Shown: positions 1-11,588, numbered from the stretch's first letter. The stretch: DNA of 64,000 bases from Coleofasciculus chthonoplastes F2-STO-03 (GCA_040222015.1 JAVJWO010000211.1:1-64000); one strand, 5' to 3'. Numbers and translations are program-made. Notes: generated by a model not told the origin, from the letters alone.

Positions 1-135
1 AATGACAAATGACAAATGACAAATGACAAATGACAAATGACAAATGACAAATGACAAATGACAAATGACAAATGACAAATGACAAATGACAAATGACAAA
101 TGACAAATGACAAATGACAAATGACAAATGACAAA
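1..135. repeat. STRR heptamer tandem repeat (AATGACA)n, ~19 copies, runs off window start
   Basis: Perfect 7-bp periodicity directly visible; typical of filamentous cyanobacteria. Confidence 0.95.
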
Positions 136-552
136 TCATTGACAGCGATCGCAGACTCCATGTACCGTCACTTCATAGCTTTCAGCTTGCATACCCGGAG
201 GGAGGCGGTTTAAGTTAACGCTTTCAAAGGCATCCCAAGGAATATCTTTAATCGCACCACAACAGCGACAACGAAAATGATGGTGGCGATCAACATTCGC
301 ATCGTAACGACAGACACCCTCTTCTAGTAAAACTTCCCGCACTAATCCCACTTCCCGCAAGGCTTGTAGCGCACTGTAGACAGTAGCTTGGGAAGATGTT
401 GGCGCTTGGTGATTGAGATCGCTGAGGATTTGATCTGCTGTCGGGTGATCATAACGAGTCAGCAGATTGGCATAGACAGAAAATCGCTGTGGGGTAACCC
501 TCAACCCCTTGGATTTCAAGACTTTGATCAGGTCTTCTGCTTGCTGCTGCAT
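136..552 (-). CDS. perR: Fur-family peroxide regulator PerR
   Basis: HPTAD, ATVY, HHHFRCxxC and C-terminal CxxC motifs; divergent from a peroxiredoxin. Confidence 0.85.
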   Translation of the reverse strand: MQQQAEDLIKVLKSKGLRVTPQRFSVYANLLTRYDHPTADQILSDLNHQAPTSSQATVYSALQALREVGLVREVLLEEGVCRYDANVDRHHHFRCRCCGAIKDIPWDAFESVNLNRLPPGMQAESYEVTVHGVCDRCQ

Positions 553-678
553 GACATTTAACCGTTTTCATAATTTCATAAGCAGTTCCTTGATTATAAC
601 ACTTTTTTGTTAGGAGTTATACTTGTCTAGCAGTTCCCAAAATAAATAAGCATTTATTACTATTGACTCATTCTTAAA

Positions 679-693
679 TCAGAATTATTCTGA
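679..693. promoter_or_regulatory. Putative Per box (7-1-7 palindrome TCAGAAT-T-ATTCTGA) overlapping the prx promoter (-35 TTGACT at 663-668)
   Basis: Perfect 7-1-7 inverted repeat between perR and prx; Fur/PerR box geometry. Confidence 0.7.
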
Positions 694-757
694 GTTATAG
701 TAAGATATAGATAAAGCAAACAAAAATCTAGTTGTCTGTAAACGAGGTCAAATAAAT

Positions 758-1330
758 ATGGCAGTTATCGAACGTGTACCCGACACTGTGTTCAAGACTC
801 GCGTGCGTGATGAGTCTGTAGGAGGTCAAAATCCCTACCGTTGGCAAGATCGGACAACGCAGGAAATCTTTGGTGGCAAAAAAGTTGTTGTATTTTCCTT
901 ACCGGGTGCGTTTACACCCACCTGTTCGTCCAACCACCTGCCTCGCTATGAAGAACTCTATGATCAGTTCAAGGAGCAGGGTATCGATGAAATCATTTGC
1001 CTGTCGGTGAATGATGCGTTTGTTATGTTCCAGTGGGGTAAGCAGCAAGGGGCAAAGAATGTGTTCTTGCTCCCCGATGGTAATGGCGAGTTTACCCGCA
1101 AGATGGGAATGCTAGTCGATAAGTCCAACCTCGGTTTCGGAATGCGTTCCTGGCGCTATTCGATGCTGGTGAACGACGGCAAGATTGAAAAATTCTTTGC
1201 AGAACCGGGTTACAGCGACAACTGCCCGGATGATCCCTTTGAAGTGTCTGATGCAGACACGATGCTTGCTTCCCTGAAGGGACAGGAACCCGCAGGTGTA
1301 TCTGAGCCACGTATGGCATTTGTTGGTTAA
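758..1330 (+). CDS. Type II (Prx5-like) peroxiredoxin
   Basis: PGAFTPTCS peroxidatic motif, [14 protein letters not shown]. Confidence 0.93.
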   Translation: MAVIERVPDTVFKTRVRDESVGGQNPYRWQDRTTQEIFGGKKVVVFSLPGAFTPTCSSNHLPRYEELYDQFKEQGIDEIICLSVNDAFVMFQWGKQQGAKNVFLLPDGNGEFTRKMGMLVDKSNLGFGMRSWRYSMLVNDGKIEKFFAEPGYSDNCPDDPFEVSDADTMLASLKGQEPAGVSEPRMAFVG

Positions 1331-1482
1331 TTTGATTGAAATCACCATCAGTAGGGGCACGATATATCGTGCCCCTACTGTTTGTTAGCGATGGTATTAG
1401 TGGCAATGGTGCGTTAGCGTAGCGTAACGCACCCTACATATAGAGGTTTTGCGTAAGTCCTACACGAAGACATCCGATTCGA

Positions 1483-1899
1483 CTAGATGAATAACTCAAA
1501 GACTTGTCGGCAGAACTGTTTGAGCTTGTCACTCACCTCCGGCGCAGGCTGATAATTACCGACACATTGCCAGTTCTCAACCGTCGAAAGTCGCCAAGCT
1601 TCTCCTTGATGATTAAATCCTGCGGCATCTAAGCCGATCAAGCGATGAGACTGTTCTAAAGGATCTTGGTAAAACCGAATTTGTAGTAAGATGCTGCGGC
1701 TTTGTAACTTTCTACTCCACCCAGGAAAGTGAAAACCGATATCGATTGAGTCGGGATCAACTAGATTGCGGGTATCTGGGTCATTTTGCCAGGGTTTCAA
1801 GTCCGCCTTAGCATCGGGAAACTGGGACTTAAACAAGTTGACTATGGCGGCAATTTTGGTGGTTACCTCTAAACCCTTGGCTTGTTCCGCAGCATTCAT
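1483..1899 (-). CDS. Conserved cyanobacterial hypothetical protein
   Basis: 138-aa ORF with AGGAG RBS; protein-like composition. Confidence 0.75.
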   Translation of the reverse strand: MNAAEQAKGLEVTTKIAAIVNLFKSQFPDAKADLKPWQNDPDTRNLVDPDSIDIGFHFPGWSRKLQSRSILLQIRFYQDPLEQSHRLIGLDAAGFNHQGEAWRLSTVENWQCVGNYQPAPEVSDKLKQFCRQVFELFI

Positions 1900-2106
1900 G
1901 ATTAAATCTCCTATGGTTAACGCTTATTTACAAGATTGCTTCATTATTTATTACAATTAGCGAGTCTGTTGGCTATCTGTTTAGCAGACAGGAGATATGT
2001 TGTGATTTGTTGACAATTCCCGGAGATTGGAAATTACCCGGACAACTTGCTCAAAGGTCTACAGGGCGGTAAGCTCAAAGCACGGTCAAGGTGTAGGAAA
2101 AAAAGC

Positions 2107-2955
2107 GTGTCCATTCAGGAAAACTCAATTCAGGTCGGGTCGCTAGAGTGGTTTTATCGGGAAGCTACTCCAGTTAATCCCAGTACACAACCCCCGGTAC
2201 TGCTGCTTCATGGTTTACCCTCCCAGAGTTACTCATGGTCAGCGCTGATGCCCGATTTAGCCGAAAAAGGATTCCGTGCGATCGCGCCGGACTGGATTGG
2301 TGCGGGTTTCTCAGCTAAACCAGACCGTCGTAAGTTTGCCTATACGCCAGATGCTTTTATTAAAGCCTTAGCAGAATTTATCCAACATCTGCAAATCGAG
2401 CGATTTTATCTGGTTGTCCAAGGGTTTCTGGGTTCAGTGGGACTCCAATACGCTTTGCGTTACCCCGATCAGGTTGAACGGTTAGCCATTCTCAACACCC
2501 CTGTCTCATCAGCGAGTCAGTTACCGTGGAAGATCAAGCAATTGGGCTTACCCTTGGTCGGTGATATGTTGACCCAAGACCCCTTGTTGGTTGATCGCAC
2601 CTTAGAAGGCGGTAGTGGTTATCGGGTGTCCGATAAAGATTTAGATGTATATCGTCGTCCCTTTCTCAGCAGTTCTGATGCAGGGCGAAGTTTACTGATG
2701 ACCGTTAAAAACCTGCAACTTAAATCATCTATGGCAGAAATCGAAGCCGGGTTTCGCAACTGGAATCAACCCACATTGATTCTTTGGGGGATCAAAGATC
2801 CGTGGCTTCCCTTGGTTGAAGTTCAAGAATTTGCCAAACTGATCAAGAATGTGGAATTGGTAGAACTAGAAGAAGCCGGACATTATCCCCAAGACCATTG
2901 GTCTGAGAAGGTGAGTAATAATCTGCTGCTGTTTCTACGTCGTCAAGCAGTGTAA
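2107..2955 (+). CDS. Alpha/beta fold hydrolase (haloalkane dehalogenase-like); probable GTG start at 2107
   Basis: LLHGxP, APDWIGAG.S.KP, WGxxD and AGHYPQ motifs. Confidence 0.88.
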   Translation: MSIQENSIQVGSLEWFYREATPVNPSTQPPVLLLHGLPSQSYSWSALMPDLAEKGFRAIAPDWIGAGFSAKPDRRKFAYTPDAFIKALAEFIQHLQIERFYLVVQGFLGSVGLQYALRYPDQVERLAILNTPVSSASQLPWKIKQLGLPLVGDMLTQDPLLVDRTLEGGSGYRVSDKDLDVYRRPFLSSSDAGRSLLMTVKNLQLKSSMAEIEAGFRNWNQPTLILWGIKDPWLPLVEVQEFAKLIKNVELVELEEAGHYPQDHWSEKVSNNLLLFLRRQAV

Positions 2956-3121
2956 AGAGAGGAGTTGGGGAAGCTGGGGAAGCTGGGGGAGCTGGGGGAG
3001 CTGGGGGAGAAAAAATAAACGGTTAGGATACCCAACGTGCATCAAAACAATAAACAGTATTCATCTGATAATAAACAGCTAGGATGCAGGAATCAATTAG
3101 CTGGGCATCCGCCAGAACCTT

Positions 3122-3733
3122 ATGGCTAAAATTTTAGTAATTGAAGACGAATTATCGGTTCGAGATAATATTCTAGAGTTATTCCCTTCATCTTCCTCAC
3201 CGCTAAAGCCAGCCGAGATGACTGGCGACAAGGAATGGAACTTGGTTCCGATGACTATCTAACCAAACCATTTACCGCTAAAGAACTTCTTCGCGCGATC
3301 GCGACTCGTTTGTCAAAGCAGATAGCAATTCAGCAGCAGTCTGAAGCCAAGTTGGATGAGCTACGCAGTAATATCACCTCGGCTTTACCAAGAGAACTGC
3401 AAACTCCCCTCAATAGTATCGTTGGTACATCACAGACACTGCTGGCGGACTATATTGAAGCCGCACCTGTCAGATCGATGATCGAAGACATTCAAGCGTC
3501 TGGACAGCAATTATCTCGGTCAATTCAAAACTTTTTACTTTATGCTGAATTAGAATTAGCCGAAAGTGGGAGGCTATATGCAGTTTTAGCGCAAACTATA
3601 TGATCAGCAAGGTTCTGGATTGGGATTAACAATTGCTAAACGCCTTGCTCAATTCCATGGGGGTAAATTAGTCATTGAAAGCGTTCCAGATAAGCAAACT
3701 ATTGTTACTGTTTCATTACCAGTTTCGAGATAA
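3122..3733 (+). pseudogene. Collapsed hybrid response regulator/histidine kinase
   Basis: MAKILVIEDE start joined out of frame to IPFIFLTAK..DDYLTKPF; HisKA remnant; HATPase tail GYMQF*RKLYDQQGSGLGLTIAK in another frame with an internal stop. Confidence 0.85.
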
Positions 3734-3901
3734 TTGATCCTGTAATCGAATGGAACGGAAACAGTATAGCATTACCCTCTGCAATAGTGGAATTATTTAG
3801 CAAGACATAGAATGAAGTTGGGTTTACTGGCGTCAACCCAACCTAAATATTCACTGTTTTAATAGCGACGCCAAGCTACTCAAAACCTGACTCAATTGTC
3901 T

Positions 3902-4600
3902 CTAAGAATGACTAGCTATGGGGTTAGCTACATACTTAAAGTCGGGTGCAGAATTCCACGGCTTATCACCTTGTTGAGGGTTGCCGTCTGACTCGGTTGA
4001 TAAGTTATAGTACAGATCAACGGTGCTATCAGGTTCGATGTTGCCAAACATGGGATCAGTGAGCTTACCCAGAGAATCTAACGCATTCATAAACATCTTA
4101 GTGTGGGAAATTTCGCGGGTAAGTAAGTGTACTAGCGTCTCTTTTGTCCCCGGATCAGGTGCTAGTTTAATCAGTGATTCGTAGGTTTGACGAGCGCCTG
4201 CTTCTGCACCTATATTTGCTCGTAAGTCGCGGACAATATCGCCACCTTCATTAATATAGGTAGCCGTCCAAGCAGAGCCTTGACTATCTAAGAAATGAGG
4301 ACCCATTCCCCGTACTGCAAAGAGTGTACTTTTATACGCATCAGTCTGATCAACATTTTTAGTGTGAGATTCAATTAGTTTGCCAATCATCTCTAAATGG
4401 CTAAATTCCTCAACCGCGATATCTTGCAGCATATTCCGAATGGAGGGATTTTCACAGTGAAAAGACTGCACCCAGTACTGTAGAGCAGCAGTGAGTTCAC
4501 CTGTAGCGCCACCGAATTGTTCTAACAATAGTTGGGCAAATTGGGGATGTGCTGTCTCGATATTAACGGATTGAATGGTTTCCTTTTTGTGGAAGAACAT
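3902..4600 (-). CDS. Manganese catalase (KatB-like)
   Basis: EQFGGATGELTAALQY, EEFSHLEM, REISH motifs; start MFFHKK. Confidence 0.92.
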   Translation of the reverse strand: MFFHKKETIQSVNIETAHPQFAQLLLEQFGGATGELTAALQYWVQSFHCENPSIRNMLQDIAVEEFSHLEMIGKLIESHTKNVDQTDAYKSTLFAVRGMGPHFLDSQGSAWTATYINEGGDIVRDLRANIGAEAGARQTYESLIKLAPDPGTKETLVHLLTREISHTKMFMNALDSLGKLTDPMFGNIEPDSTVDLYYNLSTESDGNPQQGDKPWNSAPDFKYVANPIASHS

Positions 4601-4992
4601 GATTTTTTTAGTATAGCTATAGAGGCAAAACCTGTCTACCCAGTCATCAATCAACTGAGCTTAAATACCACGGTAATCTAGAAAAATGCATCCTACCTTA
4701 ACCTAAAGATAGAAACTACTGTATAGATTGTTTTGAATTGACTCAACAGTACACCTAAAAAAATATACCTTAAGCAATAGACATCCTCCATCTGACTCGA
4801 ATTAATCGCCTGGCTTAGGTGGATACTTCAGTCAGAAAATAGGCTTTTATCAGATGTCTGTAGTAACCTACCCATAATGGGTTCAGCGTGACGGAAATAA
4901 AGTGAGACCTTACGTCTTACCGGAATTTATTCCTTTATCGCCTTGAATTGTTGTACTTTACTTTGTAGGGAGAAAGAACGACTCCCTAATGC

Positions 4993-6976
4993 ACTGGACT
5001 TTGGACAAACAAAGAAGTAAAAGAACTTAAAGTAGCTTACTCTAAGCCACCGATTGTGATACTCAATCCAGGTTAATCGGAAGTTCCCCCCGTGCAGATG
5101 AACGATGGGAACTGCGTAAAAATACAGTACCAGTGAGGAAACCTGAACTCATGAATACAGCCAAGCTGGGTTGGTACTTTATTAAGCCGCAAGCCCCTAT
5201 ACCCCAGCGTCAAGCCTTATTCCGTAGTGGTTTGAGCGCTCACCCCCTCAAAAATCGTACATAAGTAGTGTGCGTCAAAATCGCCGTTAAAGGGGAAGGT
5301 GAACGTTGCTCCACTCCCGTTCATGAGAATGATTATTATTTTTATAATAAGAGAATGGCAAAAGCGGGGCAATACTATCAGATAATGTCAATACCAACCT
5401 GACATTAGTTTCCTGAAAGCCAATGCCCCACTGTGACTGTAACAAAATTATTGAACAATTTCAGCAGTTTCGACAAAAACTGTATACAATTATTCCCCAT
5501 AGACGCGATGCCGTTATGGATTTAATTGATGCCCTGTCCTCTAATCAAACAGCTCGCTCACCTGTCCAGGTGACATTAAATCCCTTATTCAAAAGAAACT
5601 ATAGTACCTTTTATAAAGCGATTCAACAGTTTAAGTTCAACCTAGGTGAGAGAAAAGACTCTCACCTTAACACAACGACTGAAACCATAAAAACACAACA
5701 GTCCCTTTGGCCGCTCATTGCCTCAATCATTCCCACTCCCGTAGAACGAGCTTTTTACTTATTTGGTTTAGATGTTACTCCAAGAGCACGACCTCATGCC
5801 GTCACTATGGCTGAACGCGGTTTCATCCATCAGCCTAACACAATTAAGGGAAATAAACCCATAAATATTGGTTATTCCTACTCAATTTTATCCCTATTAC
5901 CTGAACGTACAGATTTTGACAATGCGCCTTGGTGTCTTCCTCTATCAGCGCCAAGGGTTTTACCGGAGCAAAAATCAACAGAAGCTGGAACGCTTCAGTT
6001 TCAAGAAGCTCTTTCTCATCTGGACTTACCTCAAAACTCCTTATCTGTCCTGGTTGCTGATAGCGATTACAGTAGTTCTAGCTTTTTGAAACAAAATCTC
6101 TCAGATGATAATGTTGTTATTATCACCCGAGTTAGGAGAAATCGTGTCTTTTATCGCCATCCAGGTGATTGTCGTGTTAAGACCAAACGACGTGGGCATC
6201 CTCAATGGTATGGCAACAAATTTGACCTCAAGGATGAATCAACTTGGCATTCTCCTGACCAAACCAGCACAACTCAGTTGACAGCTAGATCGGGTCGAGT
6301 CTTAAATATAAATATTTCCTGTTGGCAGCAGATGTTGATGCGAGGGACGAAAGAATTTCCCCTCCATCAATACCCTTTTACCTTGCTAAAAATTCAGGTG
6401 AGTGATCAACAAGGAAAATCCCTCTGGAGTCCCATGTGGTTGATCGCCATTGGTCAACGTCGAAGCGAACTTAGTTGTTTAGATATTTATCATGCCTATC
6501 GCCAACGTTTTGACTTGGAGCATTTTTTTCGTTTTGGTAAACAGCGTTTGTTAATGGCGGCTTTTCAAACTCCTGAAGTTGGCCATGAAGAAAACTGGAT
6601 TCAACTAACCCTATTGGCTTACATTCAATTATGGCTAACCAAAGACTTGGCACAACACTTACCACGTCCCTGGGAGCGTTATCTGCCACAAACATCTCAC
6701 TCTAGTATAACACCAACTGCTGTACAAAGAGACTTTATCCGAATAATTTCGGTGGTTGGTACGCCCGCTAAAACTCCCCAAACCCGAGGTTATTCCCCTG
6801 GCCGTTTTCCAGGTACTTCTCTACCTCCTCGCCAGCGGCATCCTGTCCTCAAAAAAGACAAAACAAGAGGAAAAAACTCGCCACGGGCGTCTTAATTTAG
6901 TTAATTTTCATGATTTTCTATCCATAGGTTCGTCAACATTGTGGGCGAACCCGTTTTCTTTTGTCCAAAGTCCAGT
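4993..6976 (+). mobile_element. Complete insertion sequence (IS701/IS4-like DDE) with 17-bp perfect terminal inverted repeats
   Basis: ACTGGACTTTGGACAAA at 4993-5009 and its reverse complement at 6960-6976 bracket a transposase; no obvious TSD. Confidence 0.88.
5423..6895 (+). CDS. DDE transposase
   Basis: DVT, VADSDY and YRQRFDLEHFFRFGKQ (YREK-like) motifs. Confidence 0.92.
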   Translation: MPHCDCNKIIEQFQQFRQKLYTIIPHRRDAVMDLIDALSSNQTARSPVQVTLNPLFKRNYSTFYKAIQQFKFNLGERKDSHLNTTTETIKTQQSLWPLIASIIPTPVERAFYLFGLDVTPRARPHAVTMAERGFIHQPNTIKGNKPINIGYSYSILSLLPERTDFDNAPWCLPLSAPRVLPEQKSTEAGTLQFQEALSHLDLPQNSLSVLVADSDYSSSSFLKQNLSDDNVVIITRVRRNRVFYRHPGDCRVKTKRRGHPQWYGNKFDLKDESTWHSPDQTSTTQLTARSGRVLNINISCWQQMLMRGTKEFPLHQYPFTLLKIQVSDQQGKSLWSPMWLIAIGQRRSELSCLDIYHAYRQRFDLEHFFRFGKQRLLMAAFQTPEVGHEENWIQLTLLAYIQLWLTKDLAQHLPRPWERYLPQTSHSSITPTAVQRDFIRIISVVGTPAKTPQTRGYSPGRFPGTSLPPRQRHPVLKKDKTRGKNSPRAS

Positions 6977-7698
6977 TACTAAAACATCCGGATACTACCA
7001 GTAGTATTACCGGCTTAATTCTCTTACCTCAAGGACCCCTGATGATTGCTTCAAATCCCATCCTTACCAACCAGGAAACTGGTTCCATACGGGGGTCTTT
7101 GATTATGGGTCGTTACCTGAATGACCAGCGTATTGAGGCATTAGCGGAACTCACCCAACTGAATCTTAAGGTCTACCGAGTTGATGATACCCAATTGCCT
7201 GCTAACTTAAAGACTGTGCAATCTAACCTATCTGAACAGGAGTCCCAACCCAGTGAGGCTCCCATCTTAATCCAGATTATCAGTCGAGACGCGATCGCAG
7301 GTTATACTCTCCTACGTGATATCTATGGTAAACCTGCGTTACTGGTTCAAATTGACATCCCACGAGAAATCTATAAACAAGGTCGCATTAGCCTACGTTA
7401 TCTGATTTTATCTCTCTTAGGGTTAGGGATTGTTTTTAGCCTAGGCACTCTGTTTTTATTGGAAAAAATGGTACTTTCACGTTTAGCTAGACTGAGTACC
7501 AATGTCCAGGAGGTTGGCACGAGTAATGACCTCTCGCTGCGAGTTAGCGTTAAGGGAAATGATGAATTAACCCACCTGGCAGAAACAATTAACTCGATGT
7601 TAGACGCCTTAGAATCTTCTACCAAGTTCCCTGTTCCCTGTTCCCTAATCTCAACAGTTAACTTTAATTGTGTCCACCTACTTAATACCTACCAATAA
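6977..7698 (+). pseudogene. Truncated CHASE4-TM-HAMP sensor fragment
   Basis: GSLIMGRYL periplasmic segment, TM helix and HAMP (GNDELTHLAETINSML); 5' end removed at the IS end, 3' end runs into STRR/MITE sequence. Confidence 0.8.
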
Positions 7699-7775
7699 CC
7701 TTTCAACAAAACCCACCCTTCATCAAGGTTATATATGTCTAATAAATAACCAATGAAAAATGACAAATGACCAAA

Positions 7776-8612
7776 TTAATCAGCCATCAATAACCAAAAC
7801 CCGGTATACGTCATTCCCGAATCATCCGGTTGCACTAACAAAAAATGCAATCCTTGACTCGTTTGCTGGCGCTGTTCATACAACCTCGCCGCCGCCGCTA
7901 CTTCTTCATCTTCAAAGGTTGCCATTACCCAGCGTTCCACTAATCCCGCCTCTAAAATTAACCCATGCGGCGCACCTGGAATATAATTCAGTGCTACAGG
8001 TTGGATCTCTTGCAGCCAACGCGCCAAAGACATCGACTGGCGTCCCCCATCAATCACGACTCCAGGAACAGCTATTGTTGAGGCTAAACCTAATTGGAGA
8101 GGTAAGAGTTCATTTGGCATCTGTACAATCGGAATCGGGCGTTGGGCAAACCCTTCCTCAATATCCCCTGCGGGAATCCTAGCAAATCGCCAGCGATCGC
8201 CCCAGAGATTTTCGGGTAAGGGTACAGGTGGCGGTTTGTCCAAGCTAAGGGGGTTGTACGCTTCCCCGGTGTAATTCTCCTGCTGTTGATAATCTAACGT
8301 TCTTTCCTGTAATCGTTGCTTTAAAGTTGGAGTACGTCGTGTGGCTTCTACCTTAATCTCTAATTGTTGTCCCACCTCCTGGAATAAATTGAACGACTGT
8401 GGACGAAAGACGTGCATCGCATCCGGTAATCCTGTCTTAGTCGCCGCGATTTTTACCTGCGATAGCAACCAATTATGGGTTACATCTGGCTGAGGACAGA
8501 ATGATTGATATATAACATTGCCTGTGATGTCACAAATTAATAATTCCCATAAGACTTGTCCAGTTTCATCTTGCAGAGGACGCCGATAAAAATCTGCTTG
8601 CCAAACCTTCAT
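7776..8612 (-). CDS. Tab2/Atab2 family RNA-binding protein
   Basis: WQADFYRRP..WELLICD N-terminus, GLHFLLVQPD..GFWLL C-terminus. Confidence 0.9.
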   Translation of the reverse strand: MKVWQADFYRRPLQDETGQVLWELLICDITGNVIYQSFCPQPDVTHNWLLSQVKIAATKTGLPDAMHVFRPQSFNLFQEVGQQLEIKVEATRRTPTLKQRLQERTLDYQQQENYTGEAYNPLSLDKPPPVPLPENLWGDRWRFARIPAGDIEEGFAQRPIPIVQMPNELLPLQLGLASTIAVPGVVIDGGRQSMSLARWLQEIQPVALNYIPGAPHGLILEAGLVERWVMATFEDEEVAAAARLYEQRQQTSQGLHFLLVQPDDSGMTYTGFWLLMAD

Positions 8613-8804
8613 TGATAAATATGATTTATTTTGATGTCTTTATGATAAAAGATGACTCGACAATCAGGCTGTTTTCTTTTGTCCGACTACTTCCCATTTT
8701 CCTTTTCCCTGTGGCTTTTTTTCAAATGCGATCGCACTACCTCTTCCCAAAGCAGAACAAGTGTACTAATATAGATCTCAATCAAGGTCTTGGAATTGTA
8801 GACG

Positions 8805-9129
8805 ATGATGTGGCAACCCGGACACAAATTACAACAGGGCAAATACGCGATCGCAAAAATCCTCGGACAAGGTGGCTTTGGCATTACCTACCTCGTCAAA
8901 GACAAACAGGGGAATCCGCTTGGTGATTAAAACCCTCAACGACTACCTGCAACGCCAATACTACACCACCAAATATCAGCAGGAATTACATCTGATTGAT
9001 AAGATGTGGAGAGAATACAGTGGCGATCGTTTCGGTTTAACCGTCCAAAAGCAAATCTGGCAGAGTATTCTAGATAACCAGAAAACCCATTGGCAAGCTT
9101 GGTGTAGTTTTGGCGATCGCGTAGGATGA
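8805..9129 (+). pseudogene. Collapsed Ser/Thr kinase-GUN4 gene
   Basis: MMWQPG..LGQGGFGITYL kinase N-lobe, frameshift to VIKTLN, then jumps to GUN4 motif IDKMWREYSGDRFGLTVQKQIW. Confidence 0.82.
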
Positions 9130-9243
9130 GCAAGAATCTATAGTGTCTTTGTTGTCACGCCAAGATTTGTAAGTCGGTGGGAACAATGCAAGTTAGCGGT
9201 TTTGATCGTCATTAGTCATTTATAACGATTTTTTGAGTCATCC

Positions 9244-10590
9244 ATGACAAACTCTCGCCAACTTGCATTCCTCGCCCTACGATATATTCACAAGTTAGGT
9301 GTGTTTACAGATATTGCGTTGGATCGAGTGCTTCAGAACGCTACTCTCAACCGTGCCGATCGCGCTCTGTTAACCGATTTAGTCTATGGTACTACCAGAC
9401 ATACTCGCACTCTTGATGCCTTAATTAACCAACTGGGTAAGAAAAAAGCCCACCAGCAGCCCCCAGACTTGCGCTTCATTCTGCATCTGGGCTTATACCA
9501 ATTGCGCTATCTGCAACGGATTCCCCCATCAGCCGCCGTTAATACCAGCGTGGAATTGGCTAAAGCTAATCAATTAAAAGGACTAGCTGGAGTAGTTAAT
9601 GGGGTGCTGCGACAGTATACCCGTCTCAAATCCAATCCCCAATTAGACGATCCCTTGCAGTTACCCTCCCAACCCATCCAACGTCTGGGTATTCTCTACA
9701 GTTTTCCCGACTGGATGATCGAACTGTGGTTAAATCAATTAGGAATCGAGGAAACAGAAGCCCTTTGCCAATGGTTCAACCAACCGCCAACCCTTGACCT
9801 GCGGATCAATCCCTTGAAAGCTTCTATCGATACAGTAGAGACAGCGATGCAAGCCGCAGGTATTCAGGTTCAGCGCCTTCCCCACCTTCCCCAAGCCTTA
9901 CGCTTCCAAGGAAGTACAGGTTCAATACAAACACTTCCTGGATTCAACGAGGGATGGTGGACGATTCAAGATAGTAGCGCTCAACTGGTGAGTCATTTAC
10001 TCAATCCTCAACCCCATGATGTCATCATTGATGCCTGTGCTGCACCGGGCGGTAAAACGACACATCTTGCCGAACTCATGCGCGATCGCGGTACAATCTG
10101 GGCATGTGATCAAGCCGCGTCTCGCCTGAAAAAAGTCAAAGCTAATACCCAACGGTTACAATTACAATCAATTCAAATCTGCCCAGGCGATAGCCGTAAT
10201 TTTCCCCAATTTACCCAAACAGCCGATGCTGTCTTACTCGACGCCCCCTGTTCTGGTTTAGGTACGCTGCACCGTCGCCCCGATATCCGTTGGCGTTGTA
10301 CTCCGACGAGAGTTCAGGAACTTTCTGTACTGCAAAGTGAACTATTAACTCAGACAACCACCTGGGTAAAACCTGGAGGCGTCCTCGTTTACGCCACCTG
10401 TACCTTGCACCCCCAGGAAAATGAAGCCGTGATTCAAGCCTTTCTGGAACGTCATCCCCACTGGCGTATCGATGCACCCCCGCCGACACTTACCGCTTTT
10501 TCTACGCCTCAAGGCTGGCTGAAAGTCTTACCCTATCAGCATCAGATGGATGGCTTTTTTATGGTGAGATTGAAGCATCTGGGGGATTAG
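9244..10590 (+). CDS. rsmB: 16S rRNA m5C967 methyltransferase RsmB/Sun
   Basis: NusB-like N-terminus, DACAAPGGKT, LLDAPCSG, YATCT. Confidence 0.93.
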   Translation: MTNSRQLAFLALRYIHKLGVFTDIALDRVLQNATLNRADRALLTDLVYGTTRHTRTLDALINQLGKKKAHQQPPDLRFILHLGLYQLRYLQRIPPSAAVNTSVELAKANQLKGLAGVVNGVLRQYTRLKSNPQLDDPLQLPSQPIQRLGILYSFPDWMIELWLNQLGIEETEALCQWFNQPPTLDLRINPLKASIDTVETAMQAAGIQVQRLPHLPQALRFQGSTGSIQTLPGFNEGWWTIQDSSAQLVSHLLNPQPHDVIIDACAAPGGKTTHLAELMRDRGTIWACDQAASRLKKVKANTQRLQLQSIQICPGDSRNFPQFTQTADAVLLDAPCSGLGTLHRRPDIRWRCTPTRVQELSVLQSELLTQTTTWVKPGGVLVYATCTLHPQENEAVIQAFLERHPHWRIDAPPPTLTAFSTPQGWLKVLPYQHQMDGFFMVRLKHLGD

Positions 10591-10735
10591 TCTTATGTCA
10601 TTCGTCATTTGTCTTATGTCATTCGTCATTTGTCTTATGTCATTGATCATTGGTCATTACGTGAAGTCGGGGCGGGCGCGAGTTACATCTGGGTGTAACC
10701 AAAAAGATAGTAGTGAAACCCGCCCCTACACAATC

Positions 10736-10820
10736 TCCCTCATCTCCCTCAGCTCCCTTAGCTTCCTCAGCTCCCCCAGCTCCCCCAGCTCCCTCAGCTC
10801 CCCCAGCTCTCCCAACTTCC
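10736..10820. repeat. 9-bp tandem repeats (CCCCAGCTC-type); related tracts at 2966-3009 and 50560-50680
   Basis: Visible periodic repeats. Confidence 0.8.
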
Positions 10821-10921
10821 CTTAACCAAGCCTGCTCATTGGTAAAGATTAGAACGTCTAAGCGCATTTTTGGGAACAGTTCTGATATAGATATAGCAGA
10901 AGTTCTTTGTAGAAAAACGTC

Positions 10922-11344
10922 ATGGTTACAGACTCTCATGTCAAACAGCTTGTAAAGATTCTGATTGGTGCGGCTTGGCTCGATGGTCGAATTCAACCAG
11001 AGGAACGGCAGTATCTGCACCAAGTCGCCCAGCAATCCAATGTGGCTGAAGACCCAGAAATTCGACCCCTGTTGAACGAACTCAAATCGGTGTCCAGTAA
11101 CGAGTGTTATAGATGGGTACAAGAGTATTTGGGCGATCATCCTAGCCAAGAGGATTATCAGGGCTTGATTGAAGCGATTAGTGCCTTAATTTACAGCGAT
11201 GGCGATGTAGATACTGAGGAAGCTAAACTTCTTACCCGCTTACAGCTTCTCGATCCCGCCCAGACTTCTCCCAAGTCCACTCATAATAGTGTGCTTAAAG
11301 CCATTCAAAAACTCTACCACCGCTGGATTGACCAGCAATCTTAG
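10922..11344 (+). CDS. TerB-like protein
   Basis: AWLDG..EE and SDGDVDTEEAKLL TerB motifs. Confidence 0.8.
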   Translation: MVTDSHVKQLVKILIGAAWLDGRIQPEERQYLHQVAQQSNVAEDPEIRPLLNELKSVSSNECYRWVQEYLGDHPSQEDYQGLIEAISALIYSDGDVDTEEAKLLTRLQLLDPAQTSPKSTHNSVLKAIQKLYHRWIDQQS

Positions 11345-11588
11345 TGATGTGGGATTGGGGTTGGTCATTTGAGTTCTCAGTTAATCTTTTCTCCCCCAAG
11401 GGCAGGTTTAGTCCAGTTATCGATGTGTCACAAAATGTTATCCGGGCGGGTTTAGTCAAATTTTACCGACAGGGCTAAAACGTTATGGGTAAAATCCGCC
11501 CCTAAAGATCGGCTTTCCCCGCTTCTTCAGCTTTTATCCTTTACTTTAAAAGTCAGTAGAGGATTTTTTATGGTTTTTTTATTTTTCA

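Noticed and set aside
1..135. Tandem repeat as a CRISPR array
   Set aside because: Pure 7-bp STRR with no spacers
8612..8926. 104-aa ORF
   Set aside because: Off-frame overlap with a MITE end and the kinase pseudogene
10595..10955. Low-complexity ORFs (MSFVICL repeats, PSAP repeats)
   Set aside because: Translations of tandem DNA repeats
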